Below are positions 38,452-49,211 of a stretch of 64,000 bases of DNA, in pieces. The notes beneath the pieces are model-generated. The model was not told the origin of the DNA and did no database searches. It saw nothing but the letters and a program-made list of their open reading frames with translations. This DNA comes from an uncultured Verrucomicrobia subdivision 3 bacterium (GTDB taxonomy: Bacteria; Verrucomicrobiota; Verrucomicrobiia; Limisphaerales; UBA11358). Position 1 is the first letter of the stretch; each line of letters opens with the position of its first letter. Location: assembly GCA_903917705.1 (NCBI GenBank), contig CAIXBQ010000133.1, forward strand, positions 652 through 64,651. The letters are read 5' to 3'. The translations under genes and the position numbers were made by a program.

Positions 38452-41400
38452 TTATTGCGCCAGCTTGAGTCGGTAGAACCGCTGGATGAAATTTGTGGCT
38501 TGCGTGTCGTTGAACAACCAGACGCCACTGCCATCAAGCGTGTTGGTGGCGACGGGTAGCCAGCCGCCCGGCAGGAACAGATCCGCCGTCGATTCCAGGA
38601 TATATGTGCTGCCCGGCGCTCCGCCGAGGGACAGGGTCACGCTGCCGTTGCCGGCGGCCACGACGCCGGTGATGAGCGGCGTGGGGTCGGGCGGCGGCGC
38701 GGGCGTGATGCTGATGGTTTGGAAATTCGTGCCGCCCCAGCCGTCAGTGATCGTGCAGGTGAACTGGTCGGCGACGTTGTTGGAATTGAAATACACCAGC
38801 GCGCTGCCGGTGTTCGTCAAAGTGATGCCATTGGTGCTGCCGCTGAAGTCGGCGAGCGTGACCGTGTCGCCGTCCACGTCGCTCCATTTTTCGGCGAGAT
38901 TGGTGATGACGATGGCCAGTGTGAAGCTGGGGGTGTTGGTAAAGCTGGCCGGAACCGCCGCCGGCGGATGGTTGGTGACAACTTGCTCCAGTGTGTTGGT
39001 CGCCGGCAAAAACATCAGGTCGCCGGAATAAACGGTGCTGATCTGGTTCGTGCCGCGCGGCAGCGAAGCAAGATTGGTGCTGACGGCGGTGCCGGCGGCC
39101 AGCGCTGCCGAATCGAACGCCATGCCGTTGGTGAAAAATTGAATGCTGCCGGTGGCGTTCGACGGCGTGACCCAGCCGGTGAAATTCAAGCCGTCCTTGA
39201 AACCGGACGGATTTTCTGAAGCGGCCAGCGCGACCGATGAAGCGAGCAAATTCACCGTCAGCGGGGCGATGCTGCTTGTGCTGGAACCACCGGACGCGGT
39301 GGCAACGGCGAAATATTCCCCCGCTGCCGCCAGATTGATGTTGGAAAGTGTGAGGGCGCTATTGGTCTGCCCGGTCAGCGCGGCGTTGTTAAAATACCAC
39401 TGCCAATTGATTGGCGTGCAGGCGCTGGCGGCGGCGCCGAAACTCGCCGCCTCCCCGGCTGTGTTGGTCTGGCTTTGCGGCTGTTCATAGATCACCGGCG
39501 GGGTCTGATCGCGGACAACAATTGCGTTCGTTGAAAACGCGGCATTGCCGGACCCATCCTGAACCAGGACGACGACAAAGTTGGTTCCGAACGATAAAAC
39601 AGCCGTGTTCGTCGGATTTTGTGAAATCACCAGTGGGCCGGACAAGTCGGTGGCGAGGATATAATTTGTACCGGTCAAATCCGGGATCGTTGCGCTGCAA
39701 TTGGTGTCCGCCGCCAATACCAGATTGGTGAAGCTCCACAAAATGGTCGGCGGCGTGGTGTCGCGCACAATCACAGTGCGTGTGGCGGTGTTGGTGTTGC
39801 CGTAACCGCTATCAGCGATGTAGGTCAGTGTGTTGGTGCCCAGGACGCCGGTATTGACGCTGCCGCTCACGCTTACCGGAACAACGCCGCCACAGGATTC
39901 ATTCGCCGTCGCACCGGGATCGGTGAAGCTGCCGCCCAATTCCGCATAAAGCGGGTTGCCGCCAAATATCGTTATGATTGGCAGCGTTTCATCACGGACA
40001 ATGATGACATTCGTGGAATACGCGGTATTGCCGGACCCATCCCGAACTATGACGACGGCAAAGTTGGTTCCGACCGGTAAAACTGAGGTATTCGTCGGAC
40101 TTTGCAAAATCGTCAGTGCGCCGGACAAGTCGGTGGCGAGGATATAATTTGTTCCGGTCAAGTCCGGTATCACTGCGTTGCAATTGGTGTCCGCCGCCTG
40201 GACCAGATTGGTGAAACTCCACAAAATGGTCGGCGGCGTGGTGTCGCGCACAATCACAGTGCGTGTGGCGGTGTTGGTGTTGCCGTAACCGCTATCAGCG
40301 ATGTAGGTCAGGGTGTTGGTGCCAACGGCACCGGTGTTGACACTGCCGCTGACGCTAACTGGTACCGCTCCGCCACAGGATTCGTTCGCCGTCGCTCCGG
40401 GATCGGTAAAGCTGCCGCCCAGTTCAGCATAAAGCGGGTTGCCGCCAATTATCGTTATGTTCGGCGGCGTTTCATCACGGACAATAATGCGGTTGGTCGA
40501 AAACGCGCCATTGCCAAAGGCATCCATGACCGTGATGACCACCAGATTGGTTCCGTACGCTAAAACAGCCGTGTTCGTTGGATTTTGTGAAGCCGTCAGC
40601 GGGCTGGACAAGTCGGTGGCGAGGATGTAATTTGTCCCGGTCACATCCGGCATCGCTGCGCTGCAATTGGTGTCCGCCGCCAATACCAGATTGGTGAAGC
40701 TCCACAAAATGGTCGGCGGCGTGGTGTCGCGCACGATCACGGTGCGCGTCGCGGTGTTCGTGTTACCGCTGCCGTCAACGGCGGTGTAAGTCAGTGTATT
40801 GGTGCCGACGACGTTGACGTTGACCGTGCCGTTCGTCGTCACGAGGGCGACACCCGAACAGGCATCGCTGGCGGTCAAGCCGGGGTCGACAAACGCGCTC
40901 CCAAGCTCGTTCGTCATCGGATTGAAACCGCTCTGCACGATGAGCGGCGGCGTCTGGTCGCGCACGACAATTCGGTTGGTGGAATACGATTTGTTGCCCG
41001 AGGCGTCGGCTACCGTGATGACCGTGGCATTGGTGCCCAGCGTCAGCCCGGCGTTGTTTGTGGGGTTTTGGGTTATGGTCAGTGCGCCGGACAGGTCCGT
41101 GGCGAGGATATTGTTTGTTCCGGTCACGTTGGGTGTGGCTGCCGCGCAATTTGAATTCGCCGCCAGGATGAGGTTGGTGAAACTCCACGAAATCATGGGC
41201 GGCGTGGTGTCGCGCACGACGACGGTGCGCGGGGCGGTGTTGGTGTTGCCGCTGCCGTCGGTGGCGGTGTAGGTCAGCGTGTTGGTGCCGACGGCGGCGA
41301 TATTCACTATCCCATTTGTGGTGACCGGTACTGGCCCGGCACAGAGGTCCGTGGCGGTTGCGCCGGGATCGGTGAACGCGGTCCCCAGTTCGTTCGTCAT

Positions 41401-43899
41401 CCGGCTGTTCCCGTTGAGCGCGATGACGGGCCCGAGTGTGTCGTTGACGGTCAGCACCGCATTGCTCGTCGCGCTGCCGTATAGATTGGTGACGACCACG
41501 GAAACCGTGTGGTTGGGCGGATGAAGATTGGTCAGTGACAGGCTGGCATTGGTCGCGCCGGTGACCGGCCCGCCATCGAGGCTCCATTGAATGCTCAACG
41601 GGGCGGTGCCGGCGGCGGTGACGGCAAACGCATTGGTGTTTTTGCCGCACTCAATGGTGCGATTGGTGACCGAGCCGGTGAAACTGGGCGGCAGAACGAC
41701 GGTGAGAGTGGCCACGCTGCTGGTGACCACGCCGAATATATTGGTCGCCTTGAGGCTGTAATTGCCGCTGTTCGTGATGACGACGGCGGTGAGCGTAAGC
41801 ACGTTGCTGGTGGCCCCGGAAATATTCGTGCCGCCTTTCAACCATTGATAGGCCAGCGGCGCCGAGCCGGTGACCGTCGTGGTGAACACGACATTGCTGC
41901 CGGCTAAATTAGTCTGACTGACTGGCGACGTGCCGACGACCGGCGCAAAGCCAACGTTCAACACCGCGACGCTGCTGGTGACGGAGCCGGTGTGGTTCGA
42001 GGCAACCAGTTGGTAATTGCCGCTGTTGTTCGTGACAGCGGAGGTGATGGTGAGCACGTTGCTGGTGGTGCCGGAGATATTGCCGCCGTTTGGTAAATTC
42101 GTCCCGTTAAACAGCCAGCCATAATTCAACGCTGTCGTACTGCTGGCCGTGCCGCTGAAAGTGACGCTGACCCCATTGGTCACAACTTTGCTGGCCGGCT
42201 GCGAGGTGAACGACGGCGGCGGCCAGAGGAGGGCATTGATGAGGTTGGTGCCATTTGGCGCGCCCAGACCGGTGCAAAGATCGTAGCCGGACACTGCATT
42301 AAACAGACCGGCAGTGTTGGTGCCGGTGTTGTTGCCGGTCGTGATGTCGTGAAAACAATTCGGATAGCAGCTCGATTTGCCGATGGTGTAAAGCGTCGGA
42401 TTCATAAATCCGAGGGTTGTCCCGTTGGTCGCCATCGAAAACTGGTTGGCCAGCGCACAAAAGCCCGCCCACAGCGGGGCGGCGCAACTCGTGCCGGCAA
42501 AACCGCCGGAGCTGCCGTTGTTGTAGGCCACATAAATGCCGTCGGCGGTCAACGCCACGTCCGGGACATTGCGCCAGACCGCCGAACCCTGATTGGCATT
42601 CGTGTTCAGCCCGGACTGCCAATAGGGGATTTTGTAATAGGTGCTGATGCCGCCGCCGGAACCCTCGTTGGCATAGATACCGCCGTAGCTGTGATAATTC
42701 CAAACCGTCTCGGACAACCACGAGACGCCGGAACCATTCATGGACAAAGTCGTTCCGCCCACGGCCGTGATGTTGGTGCTGTCCACCGGGGCATCGGTTT
42801 GGCTGGAATTCCCCAGAACTTGCGTTCCGGTGTAGGCATCGCTGTCGCCGGATGCTTGAAAATATGACTGGCCCTGCGTGGCCATCTGTTTGAAAGCGCT
42901 GTCCACCGTCGTGCTGGGCCCACCGCTCCAGGTCCACGACGAACTCAATTGCTTGGCCAGATTGTCATTGGCCATCCGGCTTAATATGGTGCTGGGGCTG
43001 ACCGATTTGATTTCATAGACAATCACCTGCGACAATGCCGGTGCCATGGCAATTGCGACCTCGATGTCCAGGGCGACCTCGCTATTGTTGGCGGTGCTTG
43101 GAGCTCCGCCCGGCAGAACCACATTGTTTAATGGAACATAATTGGTCAGGCCGATGGTGTTTTCGTAGCTGGTGATGTCCGTTGGAAAATAATCCGAAAA
43201 TTCCAATAGCCCGACCGATTGCCCCGCGCCGTCAAGGGTGGTGCCGGGCACATAGGCATTTCGAAAATCGTTTCCGGCATAATAACCGCTGGGGCCGGAA
43301 CCACCCAGCGGCCGGATCTTCAGCGGATCAATTTTATGCGACATCGGCCTTGCCACGCCATAATCGCTCAAGCCCCACACATCCGCCACCGGCAGGTTGG
43401 TCGGCACGGATGGCTCAACGTCCGGCGCAAAGAAATCGCGTGCTTCTGCCGGGTGCCGGTAGGTGCGAAGCGTGACGTGAAAGGCATTTTCGGCATCGCC
43501 TGAACGCGCTTGCACGTCCAATACCAGCCGGTTCCCATGCGTGCCGGTGATGCGAAAGCCGTTCGCCTCCGCAAATTTCCTGACGGCGGCATAATCCGCC
43601 TCCGTCGGGCCAAACCGCGCGGTGAATTCCTGCGGCAGGAGAAACTTGTGATAGTTCGTGCTGCCCGGGTCGTAAAGCTGGCGGAGGAGTTCATTCAGTT
43701 CAGCTTCGTTGCGCAGCGGCAGCCCGATGGCGAGGGCGAGCCGATTCGTCGCCGGCCAACGGCCCTTTGCCGTCAGCCGCGCCACCGCCCCAGGGACGTG
43801 GCCCGGCAACCCCTTCCAGCCCGGCTCCGCGCCCTGGCCGGGAGCCGCCGCCCCGAACCCAAACAAAATTATGAAAAGCATCAACCTCCGGATGATCAT
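38452..43899 (-). CDS. Secreted S53 (sedolisin/kumamolisin) peptidase with Ig and DUF5011/HYR-like repeats
   Basis: Signal peptide, pro-domain (F...FGPT), EVALD, SGDS, PDVA, GTSCAAP and GYDLCTGLG; repeated RDTTPP modules. Confidence 0.9.
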   Translation of the reverse strand: MIIRRLMLFIILFGFGAAAPGQGAEPGWKGLPGHVPGAVARLTAKGRWPATNRLALAIGLPLRNEAELNELLRQLYDPGSTNYHKFLLPQEFTARFGPTEADYAAVRKFAEANGFRITGTHGNRLVLDVQARSGDAENAFHVTLRTYRHPAEARDFFAPDVEPSVPTNLPVADVWGLSDYGVARPMSHKIDPLKIRPLGGSGPSGYYAGNDFRNAYVPGTTLDGAGQSVGLLEFSDYFPTDITSYENTIGLTNYVPLNNVVLPGGAPSTANNSEVALDIEVAIAMAPALSQVIVYEIKSVSPSTILSRMANDNLAKQLSSSWTWSGGPSTTVDSAFKQMATQGQSYFQASGDSDAYTGTQVLGNSSQTDAPVDSTNITAVGGTTLSMNGSGVSWLSETVWNYHSYGGIYANEGSGGGISTYYKIPYWQSGLNTNANQGSAVWRNVPDVALTADGIYVAYNNGSSGGFAGTSCAAPLWAGFCALANQFSMATNGTTLGFMNPTLYTIGKSSCYPNCFHDITTGNNTGTNTAGLFNAVSGYDLCTGLGAPNGTNLINALLWPPPSFTSQPASKVVTNGVSVTFSGTASSTTALNYGWLFNGTNLPNGGNISGTTSNVLTITSAVTNNSGNYQLVASNHTGSVTSSVAVLNVGFAPVVGTSPVSQTNLAGSNVVFTTTVTGSAPLAYQWLKGGTNISGATSNVLTLTAVVITNSGNYSLKATNIFGVVTSSVATLTVVLPPSFTGSVTNRTIECGKNTNAFAVTAAGTAPLSIQWSLDGGPVTGATNASLSLTNLHPPNHTVSVVVTNLYGSATSNAVLTVNDTLGPVIALNGNSRMTNELGTAFTDPGATATDLCAGPVPVTTNGIVNIAAVGTNTLTYTATDGSGNTNTAPRTVVVRDTTPPMISWSFTNLILAANSNCAAATPNVTGTNNILATDLSGALTITQNPTNNAGLTLGTNATVITVADASGNKSYSTNRIVVRDQTPPLIVQSGFNPMTNELGSAFVDPGLTASDACSGVALVTTNGTVNVNVVGTNTLTYTAVDGSGNTNTATRTVIVRDTTPPTILWSFTNLVLAADTNCSAAMPDVTGTNYILATDLSSPLTASQNPTNTAVLAYGTNLVVITVMDAFGNGAFSTNRIIVRDETPPNITIIGGNPLYAELGGSFTDPGATANESCGGAVPVSVSGSVNTGAVGTNTLTYIADSGYGNTNTATRTVIVRDTTPPTILWSFTNLVQAADTNCNAVIPDLTGTNYILATDLSGALTILQSPTNTSVLPVGTNFAVVIVRDGSGNTAYSTNVIIVRDETLPIITIFGGNPLYAELGGSFTDPGATANESCGGVVPVSVSGSVNTGVLGTNTLTYIADSGYGNTNTATRTVIVRDTTPPTILWSFTNLVLAADTNCSATIPDLTGTNYILATDLSGPLVISQNPTNTAVLSFGTNFVVVLVQDGSGNAAFSTNAIVVRDQTPPVIYEQPQSQTNTAGEAASFGAAASACTPINWQWYFNNAALTGQTNSALTLSNINLAAAGEYFAVATASGGSSTSSIAPLTVNLLASSVALAASENPSGFKDGLNFTGWVTPSNATGSIQFFTNGMAFDSAALAAGTAVSTNLASLPRGTNQISTVYSGDLMFLPATNTLEQVVTNHPPAAVPASFTNTPSFTLAIVITNLAEKWSDVDGDTVTLADFSGSTNGITLTNTGSALVYFNSNNVADQFTCTITDGWGGTNFQTISITPAPPPDPTPLITGVVAAGNGSVTLSLGGAPGSTYILESTADLFLPGGWLPVATNTLDGSGVWLFNDTQATNFIQRFYRLKLAQ
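39500..41450 (-). repeat. Intragenic 483-bp (161-aa) tandem repeats, about 4 units
   Basis: CAGATTGGTGAA recurs at 39721, 40204 and 40687; long identical stretches between units. Confidence 0.85.
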
Positions 43900-43955
43900 A
43901 AATAAATCAAGCTGTCGTTCCGTCGCATTTCAATTTACTCGTCGCGGCCTGCCGT

Positions 43956-46900
43956 TCAAGGCAGGCGATGGATCCGGTAGAATCGTCGCAGGTCGGTGCC
44001 CGGGTTGTTGGTGTACCGGATGACGTTGGTGGTGGCGGTGTTCGTGGCCAGATTGATCCAGTTGGCCTGGAGGAGATTGGTCTTGTATTGCACCTGATAC
44101 GCCACGCCGGCGAGCGAGTTCCAGACCAGCGTGAGCGCGTTGGTTTTCCGGCTGAAGCTGGTGAACGTCGGAATGGGAATGGGTGTGACGCTCACGTCGT
44201 CAAAGCCGAAATAATAGGAATCATTTTGCACTCCAAACTGAAGCGTGGTGGTGGTGCCGCTAGCGGTGACAACAAATGTGAGGTTGCTCCAAGCCAGAGG
44301 TGCCGACGGATTGGATAGGCTATAAATCGTGTTGGTCGTATTGGCATTCGTATTCCAATTGGCTTGAAATTTCTCACCGCTTCCGGCTGTCGGGTTGGAA
44401 AGCCAGAACGACAGCAGATAGCTCTGACCTGGAGTCGTCTGCAAGACTTGGGAAAGGTATCCAAGCGACCCTGACGGTCCCGCCTGAACTCCAAAGGTGC
44501 CGCTGTGAACATACGAGGCATTGCCGCTCGCCACACTCGTGTAAGCGGTGTTGCCGGTCTGGGTCCAACCGGTGAAATCACCCGTCTCGAACCCGCCGTT
44601 CTGCGCAAGCGATTGGCCGATTTGCAACGTGAAAGCCAGGTTCGCGGGAATGGTGCCCTGGTTTGTCACCAACACGCTCGCAGTGTAAGTGCCGGATGGC
44701 AAAGCATTGGCCGCATTATTGAGTGCGATGTTCAGGCCGGTGTTCGCGCCGCCCGCCAGCGAACCGCTTGGCGGCGAGGCGGTAAGCCATGCCGAAGTGT
44801 TGACGATACCCCAGTTGAGCGCGGTGGCACTCAAATTCGTAAGCATGTAGTTCTGCGCGCTGATGCTGAAGCTTCCTCCGACCGGGCCGCTGGCGGTAAA
44901 GCCGTTTGTCGGCGATAATACCAGCGCCAGCGATACTTGTAGCGAAAACGTCCGGGGTGTTACGGCGTGGGTCGTCAGGTTGCTGAAATATGCCGTGGCG
45001 GTGTAGGTTCCCAAAGCCAGACTGTTCGCCGCCGAAGTGAGACTGGCAGTGACGTTAGTCTGCTTCCCGGCAGCCAGTGTGCCGCTGGAATTTGAAACCG
45101 AGATCCACGCGGAAGTGTTGATCAGGCTCCAGCTTAAGGAACTGGCGCTTGAATTGGTCAGCGTGAAAGATTGCGGAGCTCCGGTAAACGGGCCGCCTGC
45201 CACCCCCATGGCGGCAAAGCCGGAAGCCGGCGTGATGCCCAGTGAATCCGTCGTGCCAGCTAGGGCGTTGATGAGGTTAGTCCCCGCCGGTGTGCCCCAG
45301 CCGGTGCAAAGGTCGTAGCCGGTCGCAGCAGGAAATTTGGCGGGGCTGGTCGGCCAGTAATTGTTTCCTATCGTGGTATCGTGAAAGCATGCCGCGTAGC
45401 TGTAATTGGCATTCGAACCTTTGCCTATGGCATAAACTGCTGGATTGATGAAACCCGGGCTCGGCATTCCGCTGGCCAAAGCCTGCTGATTGACGAGGGC
45501 CATGAAACCGGCCCAAAGCGGCGCGGCGCAGCTCGTTCCACCAAAGGTGCCGACGCTGCCGTTGCCGTACCTGACATAGCAGTTGGCGGCTGTCATCGCC
45601 ACATCGGGTATGTTACGTCGTGTGGTTGAACCCTTGTTGACCGTCATGCTGATATTCGTCTGCCAGAGGGGAAGTGAATAATAGGTGCTGACGCCGCCGC
45701 TGCTGCCCCAGTAACCGCCATTGGGATTGACGTAGTTGTCATTCCAATTGGTTTCCGAGGCGAAGGATGCGCCGGTGCCGTTCATGGTCAAAACTGTGCC
45801 GCCAACCTGCGTGATATAGGGCGAACTGGACGGTGCGTTGGCCTGCGAAGCGTTGTCCACGTCGTTGTTTGAACCGGCTACGAAAGCATCGCTGTCGCCG
45901 GAGGCGTTGAAGAAAGACTGCCCCTGCGCGGCCATAATCTGGAAAATACTGTCCGTCGTGGTGTCCGGCCCGCCGCCCCAGCCCCAGGAGCAGCTTAAGT
46001 TTTTAACCGTATTGCTTGCCGCCATCATGTTAAGGATGTCATTGACATAGGCGGAGGAAGAGGCTTCGAAAACGACAATTTTCGCCAGTCCGGGCGCCAT
46101 GGCCATGGCCATTTCTATATCCAGCGAAACCTCGCTGTTCCCGCCATTGATCCCGGGCGAGACGGTGTCACCGGGCCGGACCACCCTTTGGATGACAATA
46201 CTCGACCGGCCGCCGCCGGCCGCCGTTGCATAGGCGGCGATGTCACTGGCATAATAATCATCAAGCTGAAGCAGCCCCACCATCTGGCCCGCACCGGTCA
46301 GCATCGTGCCCGAAGCGTAGGCATTGCGAAAATCATTCCCCAGATACGTGCTGCCTGAACCAGAGCCATTTTTGGGTGTCGCTCCGCCAGTCGGATTCAT
46401 CTGGTGGTTTTGGGGATGAGGGCGGGTATAATCGCTCAGCCCCTGAATGTCGGCCATTGGCAACCCCGCATCCACCGTCGGCTCCATGTCTGGCGTGAAA
46501 AATTCCCGCGCTTCGGTCGGATGCTTGAATTTGAGTATTTTGAAGTGAAACGCCTTTTCAACGTCCGTTGTTTGGCCGGCCACATCCAGCAGCAGCCGGT
46601 TGGCGTGGGTTGCGGTGATCTTTAACCCGTTTGTCCGGGCGAAGTCCTGCACCGCCTGATAATCCGCCACCGTCGGCCCGAAGCGGGTTGTGATCTCCTC
46701 CGGTGTCAGGAACTGCCGGTAATTGGGACTGGCCGGGTCGTAAACTTGCGCCAGAAAATTTTGCAGCCCTGCCGGATCCCGCATAGGCACCCCGAGCGCC
46801 AGCCTCATTACATTCGTCGCCGGCAGCCGGCCGGTCGATACCAGATTTTTAACCGCCGGCGGCACATGCCCCGCCAGTGTTTTCCAGCCCGCGCCGAAAA

Positions 46901-46973
46901 CCATCCCCCGTCCACAGACCAGCAACGCCGCCAGAACAACCAGGCGGGGAAACAACGATTTTCGTTTCAGCAT
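43956..46973 (-). CDS. Secreted S53 peptidase with BACON-like and CBM-like domains
   Basis: Pro-domain, EVSLD, SGDS, GTSCAAP and GYDLCTGWG; NGGFETGDFTGW module; start at MLKRK. Confidence 0.9.
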   Translation of the reverse strand: MLKRKSLFPRLVVLAALLVCGRGMVFGAGWKTLAGHVPPAVKNLVSTGRLPATNVMRLALGVPMRDPAGLQNFLAQVYDPASPNYRQFLTPEEITTRFGPTVADYQAVQDFARTNGLKITATHANRLLLDVAGQTTDVEKAFHFKILKFKHPTEAREFFTPDMEPTVDAGLPMADIQGLSDYTRPHPQNHQMNPTGGATPKNGSGSGSTYLGNDFRNAYASGTMLTGAGQMVGLLQLDDYYASDIAAYATAAGGGRSSIVIQRVVRPGDTVSPGINGGNSEVSLDIEMAMAMAPGLAKIVVFEASSSAYVNDILNMMAASNTVKNLSCSWGWGGGPDTTTDSIFQIMAAQGQSFFNASGDSDAFVAGSNNDVDNASQANAPSSSPYITQVGGTVLTMNGTGASFASETNWNDNYVNPNGGYWGSSGGVSTYYSLPLWQTNISMTVNKGSTTRRNIPDVAMTAANCYVRYGNGSVGTFGGTSCAAPLWAGFMALVNQQALASGMPSPGFINPAVYAIGKGSNANYSYAACFHDTTIGNNYWPTSPAKFPAATGYDLCTGWGTPAGTNLINALAGTTDSLGITPASGFAAMGVAGGPFTGAPQSFTLTNSSASSLSWSLINTSAWISVSNSSGTLAAGKQTNVTASLTSAANSLALGTYTATAYFSNLTTHAVTPRTFSLQVSLALVLSPTNGFTASGPVGGSFSISAQNYMLTNLSATALNWGIVNTSAWLTASPPSGSLAGGANTGLNIALNNAANALPSGTYTASVLVTNQGTIPANLAFTLQIGQSLAQNGGFETGDFTGWTQTGNTAYTSVASGNASYVHSGTFGVQAGPSGSLGYLSQVLQTTPGQSYLLSFWLSNPTAGSGEKFQANWNTNANTTNTIYSLSNPSAPLAWSNLTFVVTASGTTTTLQFGVQNDSYYFGFDDVSVTPIPIPTFTSFSRKTNALTLVWNSLAGVAYQVQYKTNLLQANWINLATNTATTNVIRYTNNPGTDLRRFYRIHRLP

Positions 46974-47457
46974 TTTCGTTCTGATGGTTCTCAATGGACA
47001 GGCTGACCGTCTGATAAAGCACGCCGCGTTCCAAAAACAGCCGCAAGCGCAGTAATTTACTTCAGGCCGGACTAAAGTCAATGAAGCCACCACCCTAACG
47101 AAACGGCATCAAATCTATGTTGACCGGGACCTTTTCGTTTCCGTCAAATGAACGGCTGAAATAATTATTAATCCATTGGCAAAATCGACGGGTTTTAGGA
47201 AAAAATGAAGCCCTTTCCAGTACGACAGCCAAACGTCCTGTAGTTGGACACCCTCCTGCCCGTTCCATTGCAAATTCGTGATATAATTGTGAATCAGGCG
47301 ATAACCTTTCATGGGTGGATCGAGTTTGAATTTTTGAAGTTTGTCTGCCATTTCTCACCTCCACCCGCGACGCGCTCGGCATACCTTCATCTCGACCGGA
47401 ATTATTATCCCACGCTTTCCGCTTTCCGCATTCCGCATTCCGCTTTAACTTCAAGCC

Positions 47458-48297
47458 GTGTCTGTCAAATTCACCATCCTCGGCAGCGGCTCCAGCGGCA
47501 ATTGTGCCTACGTCGAGACCACCGAAACCCGCATCCTCGTGGATGCTGGTTTTTCTCCGCTGCAGATCCGCAAGCGCCTCGCCAGCATCAGCCGCACCCC
47601 CGAAAATCTTTCCGCCATTCTCATCACTCACGAGCACTCCGACCACATCAGCGGCCTCCTCGGCCTCGCGGACAAATTTCACATCCCCGTCTATTGTAAC
47701 CGGGGCACGCAGGACGGCACCGTTTGGGCGCTCCAGTCTCGGTGGGCGAAAAAACCCGTCCCCGAGGGCGTCACCGTCACCAATCATTTGAAATCCAGGT
47801 TGGACTGGCGCCTGTTCGACACCGGTGGTGGCTTTGAGATCGGCGACGTCGCCATCGAAACGTTTTCCATCCCACACGATGCGCAGGACCCGGTGGGTTA
47901 TTTGCTGCGCACCGCCGCCGGTACCATCGGTTTTGCCACCGACCTCGGCCACGTCACCAAACTCGTGCTCGACCGTATCCGCGCCGCCAACGTCCTCGTG
48001 CTCGAGTCCAACCACGATGTGAAAATGCTGCAGGAATGCCCGCGGCGTTCCTGGAGCTTGAAGCAGCGCATTCTGGGCCGGCACGGCCATCTCTCCAACG
48101 AAACTGCCGCCGAGACCGCCGCGCAAATCATGTCCGCCGGCCTGCGGCAGCTTTACCTCGCGCACCTGAGCCGCGAGTGCAACAAGGCCGAGCTGGCCCA
48201 TCGCGTCATGTCCCAATGCCTCCAGAACATCGGCGCCACCCATGTCCGGATGCAGATCGCCGCGCAGGATATCCCCTGCGCCACGCTGGAGTTCTAA
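47458..48297 (+). CDS. MBL-fold metallohydrolase (YycJ/WalJ-like)
   Basis: GSGSSGN, THEHSDH, HDA, TDLG, ESNHD, GHLSN and HLS. Confidence 0.88.
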   Translation: MSVKFTILGSGSSGNCAYVETTETRILVDAGFSPLQIRKRLASISRTPENLSAILITHEHSDHISGLLGLADKFHIPVYCNRGTQDGTVWALQSRWAKKPVPEGVTVTNHLKSRLDWRLFDTGGGFEIGDVAIETFSIPHDAQDPVGYLLRTAAGTIGFATDLGHVTKLVLDRIRAANVLVLESNHDVKMLQECPRRSWSLKQRILGRHGHLSNETAAETAAQIMSAGLRQLYLAHLSRECNKAELAHRVMSQCLQNIGATHVRMQIAAQDIPCATLEF

Positions 48298-48298
48298 C

Positions 48299-49117
48299 AT
48301 GCTCCACGTCCGGGAAATCACTTCGCTCGACCTGCCCGAACTTGCGCCGTATCGCTCGCTCAAGCGCTCCGCCGAGCACGCCAAGCTCGGCATCTTCGTG
48401 GTCGAAGGCGACAAGGTGTTGGACCGTCTGCTCGAAAGCAATTTCACCGTCGTCTCCGTGCTGCTGATCGAAGCGCGCCTGGCTGAATACGGGCCGCGGC
48501 TGCGCGCGCGCCCGGAAAAAGACCTCGCGGTGTTTGTCTGCGCAAAACCGGTGCTGGCCGAACTCGCCGGTTTTGAGATCTATCAAGGGGTGCTGGCCAT
48601 CGCGAAAATTCCGCCGGCGCGCCCATTGGAAGATATTCTCGCTGCCGGTCCGCGCCCGCGCCTGTTTGTCGCGCTGGACGGCTTGAACAACTCGGAAAAT
48701 GTCGGCCTGCTTATGCGCACCTGCGTGGCGTTCGGCGTTTCGGCCCTGCTTGCCGGCGAAACCTGCTGCAGCCTGTTCTTGCGCCGCACGGTCCGCAATT
48801 CGATGGGCGCCGTCTTCAAGCTGCCCGTGCTGGAATCCCCCGCCCTCGCGCAAACCCTGCGCGACCTGCGCGCCCGCGGCGTAAAATGTTTCGCCGCGCA
48901 TCCCCACACGGATGAGTTGGTTTTGTCGCGGGCGGATTTCACGGGCGATTGCTGCGTGGTGTTTGGCAGCGAAGGCCATGGCCTTTCGCCGGCCGTGCTG
49001 GCCGCCTGCGATCAAGCCGTGGCCATTCCGATGGCGAACGAGGTGGATTCGCTCAACGTCAGCGCGGCCGCGGCGGTCTTTCTTTATGAAGTGAACCGGC
49101 AGCGCGGCAAAAGCTGA
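48299..49117 (+). CDS. TrmH/SpoU RNA methyltransferase
   Basis: NVG.L.RT, R.SMGA, GSEGHGL and IPM...DSLNVS. Confidence 0.9.
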   Translation: MLHVREITSLDLPELAPYRSLKRSAEHAKLGIFVVEGDKVLDRLLESNFTVVSVLLIEARLAEYGPRLRARPEKDLAVFVCAKPVLAELAGFEIYQGVLAIAKIPPARPLEDILAAGPRPRLFVALDGLNNSENVGLLMRTCVAFGVSALLAGETCCSLFLRRTVRNSMGAVFKLPVLESPALAQTLRDLRARGVKCFAAHPHTDELVLSRADFTGDCCVVFGSEGHGLSPAVLAACDQAVAIPMANEVDSLNVSAAAAVFLYEVNRQRGKS

Positions 49118-49211
49118 ACCGCCCGGGCGGCCTGAACGCCACACTCGATTTCTTATTTCAGATTGCTGCCATCTGCCCTGCTTTGGCGGTCTTAAGTCCC
49201 TTGGTCCGTGG

